From Dehalococcoidia bacterium (GTDB lineage Bacteria; Chloroflexota; Dehalococcoidia; SZUA-161; SpSt-899), in NCBI GenBank assembly GCA_046545575.1, contig JBKGZM010000004.1:2521-66520 (forward strand): 64,000 bases of DNA, given 5' to 3'. Positions within the stretch are counted from its first letter, which is position 1. Every line of letters starts with the position of its first letter. The position numbers and the translations under genes are program-made. Below the pieces are notes generated by a model that was not told the DNA's origin, searched no databases, and worked only from the letters and a program-made list of their open reading frames with translations. Below are positions 56,748 to 64,000 of the stretch, in pieces.

Positions 56748-58991
56748 ATGTTCTACACACCTCAAGCTACGGTAGAAAAGACTCTTGTTGCGTATGAGGG
56801 AGTTTCAGACGAATTCGCCCAGGCTTTAGAGAGGATAAAGATAGGAGAAGGCGTCTACGGCAAGGTGGCCCAAACAGGTCAATCTACGGTAGCAAAGGAT
56901 ATATCGAATGATCCTATAATGGCTCATCCTGAAGTCAAGAAAATGCTGATCAAAACCCAGCTTGTGGTACCATTGCTCCTGAAAGATCATGTACAAGGTG
57001 TTATATGCGTAGCTATGCGCCGACCAAGAGAGTTTACACAGGAAGATATAGACCTGCTGAGTAGTGTTGGTTCCCAAATAGCCACTTCCATGGCAAACGC
57101 CAGCCTCTATGAAAAAGAGCGCATGACTGCACGGAAGCTGACCGTATCGGAGAGGAGATGTCGACAGTTATTCGAGAACGCAAACGATGCTATCCTGGTT
57201 AATGACCTTAATGGCAATATTACATCTGCCAACGGTGCAGCCGCGAGGCTAAGTGGGTATAGTTTACAAGAGCTAACCAAAATGAATATAAGGGAGTTTA
57301 TCACCGAGGAAAGCCTCAGTGCCGCAGGAGATGTCCGTCGCAGGCTAATGGAAAAACAGCCCGTCGATCAACCCTATGAACAACGGTTGATGAAAAGGGA
57401 TGGTTCAGAGGCGATCGTGGAGGTGACGACAGCCCTTGTTATGGAGGATGGGAAAACAGTTGGTTTCCAGAATATAGCAAGAGATGTGACGGAGGAACGC
57501 CAATCAGAGGAATTACTAAGGGAAAGCGAAAGAAAGCTCTCACAAATAGTCAATGGCAGTTCGGTTCCGACTTTTGTAATCAATAATGAGCACATCACAA
57601 CTCACTGGAACAAGGCCTGTAAGAGCCTTACCGGGATCTCCGCGACAGAGGTGATAGGCACCAAACGCCAGTGGCAGCCCTTCTACCCCGAGGAAAGGCC
57701 ATCTATGGCTGACTTAATCGTCGACAAAGCATCCGAGGAGGAGATCAGCAGGTATTATGGACATAAATACACGGAATCAAGCCTTTTAGAAGGGGCTTAC
57801 GAAGTAGAGGATTTCTTCCCCGCCGTAGGGCCGAACGGGAAATGGATTTTCTTTACTGCTGCACCACTCATCGACCATGAGGGTAGGCTTTTGGGGGCCA
57901 TCGAGACTCTGCAAGATGTCACCGAACGCGTAAGAGCAGATGAGGCACTCAAGGATTCAGAAAGCCGGTACCGAGACCTTTTCAACAACGCTAGCGACGC
58001 GATCATTATCAGTGACATGGAAGGCAATATTATCGAGGTCAATAAAGCGGCCTCGGACCTGACCGGGTACACTTCCGACGAACTGGTGAAGATGAGCCTG
58101 AAAGAATTTATGACTGCCGAGAGTTTCGAGACCGCTATAGGCGGACAACAAAAAGTGCTCCTGAGAGGTGATACGGCAAGCGAGCGCTATGAGTTAGAAA
58201 TAGTAAAAAAGGACGGCGCACATGCCACTATCGAGGCCGCTGTCAGGCCTGTTAAGGAAATGGGACAAGCAGTAGCCTTCCATAATATCGCCAGAGATGT
58301 TACTGAGGAGAGAAGAATACGAGATAACCTGAGATACTATCTGCAGCAGATTACTCGGGTTCAGGAAGAGGAACGCGAACGCATTGCACGGGAGCTCCAT
58401 GATGATACAGTACAGGCTCTTTATGCACTTAACAGGCAGATTGATAATTTCCTGCGAGACAACACTGGGCTAAGTGAAGATGATAAGAATTTCCTGCAGG
58501 GAATAGGTGAGCAATCCAGGGAAATACTTCAAAGTGTGCGGCGTTTCAGCCAGGACTTAAGGCCGCCTATTCTGGACGACCTTGGCCTTTTGCCCGCATT
58601 ACGCTGGCTGACCAGTGACGTACAAGGACGCAGCGGGGTGGAAATCGATTTGAATCTACCCCCGGATGAGCAACGCCTGCCAAGCGAGGAGGAGTTACCG
58701 CTCTTCCGAATAGTACAGGAGGCACTCAGGAATATCGAGAGACATTCTCAGGCCTCAAAAGCCAATATTGAAGTGGAGTTTGGAGAGAATACAACACGGA
58801 TATCCATTTCAGACAACGGCAAAGGCTTTGAGTTCAGTGGTGACACAGCGGAATTGCCCCGCAGTGGGAAGCTGGGCCTCGCCGGAATGGCGGAAAGAGC
58901 CCGCCTGTTAGGGGGCGAGTTAACTATTCAGTCAGCAGTGGGCAAGGGAACAAAGGTAATTGTCGAAGTCCCTAACATTCGTCGTGAATAG
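56748..58991 (+). CDS. GAF-PAS-PAS-PAS HisKA_3 sensor kinase (probably 5'-truncated)
   Basis: Starts inside a GAF domain; three PAS domains; ERERIARELHD, QEALRNIERHS, GLAGMAERA. Confidence 0.85.
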   Translation: MFYTPQATVEKTLVAYEGVSDEFAQALERIKIGEGVYGKVAQTGQSTVAKDISNDPIMAHPEVKKMLIKTQLVVPLLLKDHVQGVICVAMRRPREFTQEDIDLLSSVGSQIATSMANASLYEKERMTARKLTVSERRCRQLFENANDAILVNDLNGNITSANGAAARLSGYSLQELTKMNIREFITEESLSAAGDVRRRLMEKQPVDQPYEQRLMKRDGSEAIVEVTTALVMEDGKTVGFQNIARDVTEERQSEELLRESERKLSQIVNGSSVPTFVINNEHITTHWNKACKSLTGISATEVIGTKRQWQPFYPEERPSMADLIVDKASEEEISRYYGHKYTESSLLEGAYEVEDFFPAVGPNGKWIFFTAAPLIDHEGRLLGAIETLQDVTERVRADEALKDSESRYRDLFNNASDAIIISDMEGNIIEVNKAASDLTGYTSDELVKMSLKEFMTAESFETAIGGQQKVLLRGDTASERYELEIVKKDGAHATIEAAVRPVKEMGQAVAFHNIARDVTEERRIRDNLRYYLQQITRVQEEERERIARELHDDTVQALYALNRQIDNFLRDNTGLSEDDKNFLQGIGEQSREILQSVRRFSQDLRPPILDDLGLLPALRWLTSDVQGRSGVEIDLNLPPDEQRLPSEEELPLFRIVQEALRNIERHSQASKANIEVEFGENTTRISISDNGKGFEFSGDTAELPRSGKLGLAGMAERARLLGGELTIQSAVGKGTKVIVEVPNIRRE

Positions 58992-59050
58992 CGAACTTAT
59001 CAATCCTCACCCGGCATGGATTGATATCCATGCTTCGGCCAAGTACAAAG

Positions 59051-59084
59051 CGACCCGCCTTCGGCTAAAGCCGAAGGCGGGTCG
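59051..59084. terminator. perfect 16-bp stem hairpin between convergent genes
   Basis: cgacccgccttcggct-aa-agccgaaggcgggtcg. Confidence 0.65.
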
Positions 59085-59146
59085 ACTCCCAAACGCTATC
59101 ATCAAAGTTGAAAGAGCTCTACAAATATCTGGTATCTGGCCTGGTT

Positions 59147-59467
59147 CTATCGAGTCGGGGCTTGCATCCTTTCCTTCGCCTCGCCTATAACCCTCTCCAT
59201 TTCCCAAAGCTCTTCCACACTCGTGGCCTGTCTCACTATCTTCTCTACCTCATCGGATACACGTGACACGCGCGTCGGCTGTGTTCGTCTCGCGACAACA
59301 TCCTCTGCAGCCCGCCTGGATACTTTCAAGGCCTCCTGATATGCACATTTCCCGGTCTCCAGGAACTCACAAATCTTGGCATACCCTGTGTATTCGCACA
59401 ATCGGCAATCATAAACACAAGGTGTAGCTACCTGATTCCTCACTTTGGTCACTGTTTTATCCGTCAT
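59147..59467 (-). CDS. small Cys-rich hypothetical protein
   Basis: RBS aaggaggag; CVYDCRLC...C...C. Confidence 0.65.
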   Translation of the reverse strand: MTDKTVTKVRNQVATPCVYDCRLCEYTGYAKICEFLETGKCAYQEALKVSRRAAEDVVARRTQPTRVSRVSDEVEKIVRQATSVEELWEMERVIGEAKERMQAPTR

Positions 59468-59745
59468 TCTTCCTCCTTTTCTTGTACCCGTCCATAACTT
59501 ATACTACTCGTATATGGCCTTTCCATACATCGTCTTAGTAGCCTAATCCAGGTTTGCCTAAGCGCAAATACTTAAGCCACTCCATACGCACCATTGCCTA
59601 CGCATTTATGCGTAGGCCTCTAGCGATGCAAAGGCATCATATAGCGGGGTCCTAAACCCAGTATCCAAGCCATAGAACCAAGATGAGGATACAGGCTGAG
59701 AGAAAAAGCGGAGATACGTAGCAGAGCAGATACAAAAAGACACAA

Positions 59746-61893
59746 TCAGGAAAAGGAGGAATTATCCTTCATGGAAAGGGAAATACGGTTGCGTTCTCTA
59801 TCAACTGCCAGCACGGTCACGGTGACCTTTTGATTGACTCTAACTATATCTGCGGGGTTTTTCACAAAACCGTCGGACAGTTCACTGATATGGACCAGTC
59901 CATCCTGGTGGACACCAATATCCACAAAGGCCCCGAAATTCGTTACATTCGTCACGATTCCGGGGAGCCTCATGTTCGGCGCAAGATGGTCGATCAAGGT
60001 AATGCCAGCAGCAAAGGAGAAGGGCTCAAACCGCTCACGAGGATCGCGTCCGGGCTTGCCGAGCTCCACCATGATGTCATTCAGCGTCGGCAACCCGACA
60101 TCATCACCAGCGTAAAGCTCCGGATTAACTTGCCGGCGCAGACCCTCAGAGCTCATAAGCTCCGTCACGGTGCAATTCAGATCCTTTGTCATACGCTCTA
60201 CAATATAGTAGCTCTCCGGATGTACAGCGCTGGCATCAAGCGGATTATCGGCGTTATGTATCCGAAGAAATCCTGCTGCCTGTTCGAATGCCCTTGCCCC
60301 CAAGCGCGGGACCTTTTTGATTTCATCCCTGCTGCGAAAGGGACCATTCTGGTTACGATGGGTAACAATATTTTTGGCCAGAGCAGGACCGAGTCCGGAG
60401 ACATAGGCAAGGAGCTGCTTGCTGGCTGTGTTTACCTCAACGCCTACCTCGTTGACACATCTCATCACTACATCATCGAGAGTGGTCTTAAGCTTGCCCT
60501 GGTCCACATCATGCTGGTACTGACCGACACCAATGGACTTGGGGGCAATCTTCACAAGTTCAGCAAGAGGGTCCATCAACCGTCGCCCGATCGACACAGC
60601 TCCCCTCACTGTCAAGTCATAATCGGGAAACTCCTCACGGGCTGCTTCTGATGCAGAGTAGACCGATGCCCCACTCTCATTTACCATTACCACCGCCACT
60701 TTCTCCGGCAAGCCGAGTCCTCGTACGAAGGTTTCGGTCTCACGGCTGGCGGTTCCATTGCCAATTGCAATAGCCTCTATATCGAAACGCTTAACAAGGT
60801 CGAGGATGGTTTCTTTCGCTTGCTCCGTCTTGCTATCCGATTGCTCCAGATAGATAGTGGTATTATGCAAGAGCACGCCCTGACGGTCCAGGCAAACAAC
60901 CTTACATCCCGTACGATATCCGGGGTCGATTGCGAGCGTTGCTTTTTGCCCCATGGGAGAGGCCATGAGAGTCTCCCGCAAGTTGTTGGCAAAGACACGG
61001 AGCGCCTCCGCATCAGCGCGTTCCTTGATTGTCTGACGCGTATCAGTCTCCATGGAAGGGACCAGAAGCCGGGCATAGCTATCCTCAACTGCAACGGAAA
61101 CCTGCATTGAGGAGGCATTATTGTCCTTTACAAAGCGCCTTTGCAGTAACGCCAGAGCCTTTTCTTCGGAAGGCCGTATGGAGAGCTTGAGATATCCCTC
61201 CTTTTCACCGCGGAACATGGCCAGCACCCGATGACCGGGCACTTTAGCAACAGACTCTTGCCAGTCGAAATAATCGCGGTACTTGGCTCCTTCCTCATCC
61301 TTTCCCTTCACCACTTTTGAATACAGCACGCCTTCCCGACCGAAGAGCTGGCGCATGGTTTGTCTCGTTTTTGCGTCTTCATTTACCCATTCAGCAATGA
61401 TGTCACGCGCACCGGCAAGGGCATCATCGACAGATGCAACACCGTTCTCCTCGTTGATGAATTCGCTGGCAGCCTCCTGCAGGTCAGTGGCACTATCCTG
61501 GGCAAAGAGCGTTTGAGCCAGCGGTTCAAGTCCCTTTTCCCTCGCTATCGTAGCACGTGTGCGGCGTTTGGGACGGTAAGGGAGGTAGATATCCTCCAGC
61601 TCGGCCATTGTCCCCGCCGACTCAACAGCACTCCGCAGCTCATCAGTCAGCTGACCTTGTTCATCAAGCGATTTCAGGATGCTCTCACGACGGCTATCCA
61701 ATGCCCTGAGCTGCTCCAGCCGGTCGCGGATCTCGGTAATTATCACCTCATCAAGCGAGCCGGTACGCTCCTTACGATACCGCGCCACGAACGGGACGCT
61801 TGCCCCTTCACCGAGCAAATCCTCAACAGCCCTTACCTGCTGGGCGACAATTCCCATCTCATCCGCAATTTGAACGCAGTGTACTTCACTCAT
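59746..61893 (-). CDS. tex: Tex-family RNA-binding transcriptional accessory protein
   Basis: PFVARYRKE, IDPGYRTGCK, ESGASVYS, GQYQHDV; C-terminal S1 domain. Confidence 0.95.
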   Translation of the reverse strand: MSEVHCVQIADEMGIVAQQVRAVEDLLGEGASVPFVARYRKERTGSLDEVIITEIRDRLEQLRALDSRRESILKSLDEQGQLTDELRSAVESAGTMAELEDIYLPYRPKRRTRATIAREKGLEPLAQTLFAQDSATDLQEAASEFINEENGVASVDDALAGARDIIAEWVNEDAKTRQTMRQLFGREGVLYSKVVKGKDEEGAKYRDYFDWQESVAKVPGHRVLAMFRGEKEGYLKLSIRPSEEKALALLQRRFVKDNNASSMQVSVAVEDSYARLLVPSMETDTRQTIKERADAEALRVFANNLRETLMASPMGQKATLAIDPGYRTGCKVVCLDRQGVLLHNTTIYLEQSDSKTEQAKETILDLVKRFDIEAIAIGNGTASRETETFVRGLGLPEKVAVVMVNESGASVYSASEAAREEFPDYDLTVRGAVSIGRRLMDPLAELVKIAPKSIGVGQYQHDVDQGKLKTTLDDVVMRCVNEVGVEVNTASKQLLAYVSGLGPALAKNIVTHRNQNGPFRSRDEIKKVPRLGARAFEQAAGFLRIHNADNPLDASAVHPESYYIVERMTKDLNCTVTELMSSEGLRRQVNPELYAGDDVGLPTLNDIMVELGKPGRDPRERFEPFSFAAGITLIDHLAPNMRLPGIVTNVTNFGAFVDIGVHQDGLVHISELSDGFVKNPADIVRVNQKVTVTVLAVDRERNRISLSMKDNSSFS

Positions 61894-61899
61894 AGTGGA

Positions 61900-63144
61900 T
61901 CATTCCTTCATTAGTCCCCCTTTAGTAAGGGGGGATTTAGGGGAATTAAAACTTCGCAAATAAGCCCAAACGCCGGCGGGAATATATGTTTTGATCACAT
62001 CGTGCCAGAAGCCTGCTCTTCTCAATCCTTCGAGCAAAAGCTCGCCGTGCCAGTCAAACGATAAGTACGGCGAATCGAGCAAGCTCCTGTGAATGCGCTT
62101 CTTCTTAGCGACACTGAATATACTTTCGATTTGTTTATCTGAAAGTTTGTTGTACAGCTTTCGAAGTACATACTCGATTTTAAGCTCTCGACCCAGCTTC
62201 TCCTTCCACAACTTCTCGTATCTGGAGAGCCTGCTGGCAGATAAATCTCCCGCAGCGAGTGCCTCTCCCAGAACCTCCGACGCGATATCAGCACAAAGAA
62301 GGCCAAAATACACCCCACCACCGGTTGTGGGCTTGACCTGCCCCGCTGCATCCCCCACCACCAGCACTCTATCTGCATAGGTTCTGGCAAGCGGCTTGAG
62401 CGGAATTCCACCATATGCCACCGTCCCCCCACTATCCTGTATCCTACCCTGCGAAGCAAGCTCCGCCAGAAACGCCTTCATGTGGGGTCCAGATTTTCGA
62501 TGGGCAAAAAGTCCCACTCGCGCTCTGTTTGGGGCAACAGGAGCCAGCCAGGCAAAGAAGCCAGGTGCTATACTGTGGCTGAAGTAAACCTCAACCTCGT
62601 CTACGCCTGCTGTCTGCACCTCAGTTTGAGCCCCGACCATGAACTCCTGTATACTTCCCAGCTCCAACTTGCCGGGCAATGTGGAGCCAAAGCCGTTGGC
62701 GATAACCGCCGCTCTACCCTCAAGAGTTCTTTCGCCATTTTCCCCTTCGATATGAAGCATTACCCCATCGCCCGAAAGCGAAATGTCACGAACACGGCTG
62801 TTCAGCACATACTCCGCCCCTTTGCTCAGGGCCCTCTCAGCAAAGCTGAAATCGAACGCAGCACGGTCGACAATATACGCCTGGACATCGTCCTTGCTGA
62901 TTCTTAGAGAGGCTCCTGACGGAGCAAAAACCTTCGCCGACGGTGCTTCCCACAGGATACAGTTTGCATCTATATCAAAAAGCTCCGCACACTCCCTGCT
63001 GATAATTCCAGTGCAGCAGACCTGCTCACCGACCCTCTTACCTTTCTCCACCACTCCCACTTTGTAACCGGACTCGGCCAAAGTGCAAGCCACGCGGCTT
63101 CCTACAGGCCCAGCGCCAACTATCAGGACGTCAAAGTCTGCCAT
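61900..63144 (-). CDS. geranylgeranyl reductase-family FAD-dependent oxidoreductase
   Basis: VGAGPVG, CCTG, DRAAFD and GDAAGQVKPTTGGG motifs. Confidence 0.88.
   Translation of the reverse strand: MADFDVLIVGAGPVGSRVACTLAESGYKVGVVEKGKRVGEQVCCTGIISRECAELFDIDANCILWEAPSAKVFAPSGASLRISKDDVQAYIVDRAAFDFSFAERALSKGAEYVLNSRVRDISLSGDGVMLHIEGENGERTLEGRAAVIANGFGSTLPGKLELGSIQEFMVGAQTEVQTAGVDEVEVYFSHSIAPGFFAWLAPVAPNRARVGLFAHRKSGPHMKAFLAELASQGRIQDSGGTVAYGGIPLKPLARTYADRVLVVGDAAGQVKPTTGGGVYFGLLCADIASEVLGEALAAGDLSASRLSRYEKLWKEKLGRELKIEYVLRKLYNKLSDKQIESIFSVAKKKRIHRSLLDSPYLSFDWHGELLLEGLRRAGFWHDVIKTYIPAGVWAYLRSFNSPKSPLTKGGLMKE
61911..61950. repeat. REP-like palindrome inside the 3' end of the reductase CDS
   Basis: 37/40 identical to 7353-7392. 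Confidence 0.75.
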
Positions 63145-63728
63145 CTAGTAATTCCTCTCCTGAGAAATACAAACACGCTCCTGCTACGGAGCAATGCAAC
63201 GCCAAACGCAGCGAGGATTAAAAATCCCGCCAACTCCGGAACATATACCAGAGGCTCCGCTACCATTGCATGAAGTATGTGCCCAAGCCAGTTCTCCATA
63301 TCTCCCCTGGGAAAACTTAGGCCAAACAAAGGCCATAACAATGTCCGCGGATCAAGCCACATCTGGTCCAGGACAAGGTGAAAGCCGGAACACATGGCCA
63401 GAACCAGGAAGCCTATCCCCCCGGAGCGAATGTAGCGGAACAACCCAATAAGGAGGAGGACTAGGAAGAAAAGCAGCGTGTGAGCATAAATGCGGCCATT
63501 ACTGAATGTTTCGGTGAAGATATATATTCCGAGGGGCTTATCGATTATGTCCGGTAGCATGGACCCTATCAAAGCAATCCGATAATCAATTACTCTAGCA
63601 ATAGCTCCAACTCGAGGCCCAGCAAACCGACTTCGGCTTTCTTCCAGAGACGTTCTTCCCCTGGCACGCAGATTATCCAGTCCTAATGCCAACCCCAAAG
63701 TTATCCCGGTATGAGCAAATAAGAGCAC
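63123..63728 (-). CDS. membrane metal-dependent hydrolase (YdjM-like)
   Basis: LFAH, LPDIIDKP, AHTL, HLVLD, LLWP; GTG start at 63728. Confidence 0.82.
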   Translation of the reverse strand: MLLFAHTGITLGLALGLDNLRARGRTSLEESRSRFAGPRVGAIARVIDYRIALIGSMLPDIIDKPLGIYIFTETFSNGRIYAHTLLFFLVLLLIGLFRYIRSGGIGFLVLAMCSGFHLVLDQMWLDPRTLLWPLFGLSFPRGDMENWLGHILHAMVAEPLVYVPELAGFLILAAFGVALLRSRSVFVFLRRGITRWQTLTS

Positions 63729-63784
63729 TTGATTATTATAAATCCCAGAGACTCCTAAATGGAAGCCCCTTTGTGCCAGTCCAT

Positions 63785-64000
63785 TCACGCTGGCTTCCAG
63801 AATCTCAATCCGAGCACCTTTGCCAGGATTGCCAAACATACGAGTGAGACGATGAAAAAGAGCGGACTGAAAGCAGTATGCATAAAACCAGTGGCAGCTT
63901 CAGCTCCCCAGTGATTACCTATAAGGAGCAATCCCACAAGTCGCAGCAGGTTGGCAAACATCGCAACCGGGACAGAAAAGATAAAAAGCATGAGTTTTTT
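63785..64000 (-). CDS. exosortase/archaeosortase-family protein, 3' part
   Basis: PVAMFANLLR (catalytic Arg) and FMH (catalytic His) in TM context; 5' part outside the window. Confidence 0.75.
   Translation of the reverse strand, partial: KKLMLFIFSVPVAMFANLLRLVGLLLIGNHWGAEAATGFMHTAFSPLFFIVSLVCLAILAKVLGLRFWKPA

Overview
Bacterial chromosomal window, most likely an anaerobic Chloroflexota (Dehalococcoidia-like) organism; the taxonomy is an inference from gene content only. Most of it is housekeeping or anaerobic metabolism: folP, pheT, rpiB, tsaC, guaA, purD-purE-purB, aspS, glyQS, a RACo corrinoid activator, trxB/trxA, two CooC-type ATPases, def, queH, coaE, queA, ffh, typA, tRNA-Ala(CGC), tRNA-Arg(TCT), a NuoE/NuoF-like plus formate dehydrogenase operon, several two-component proteins and tex. 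The standout is an accessory island downstream of purB (~10.5-17.4 kb). It holds a CAAX protease, a Panacea(SocA)-PemK-like toxin-antitoxin pair, an orphan HicB and an intact, AT-rich two-reverse-transcriptase DRT3-type defence locus. That locus has a near-consensus sigma70 promoter and a downstream ~115-nt structured ncRNA presenting an unpaired CACACACA tract, with a predicted pseudoknot. The island is punctuated by GTAG-type palindromes and decayed copies of the purB 3' end. Other notable signals are a Sul-like dihydropteroate synthase, a 68-aa domain shared between the FDH C-terminus and a standalone protein of the same operon, 11-bp-periodic OmpR-type boxes in the FDH promoter, a cysteine-free IscU-like protein and a frameshifted hybrid kinase. 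All family calls come from motif recognition by eye; no database searches were run.
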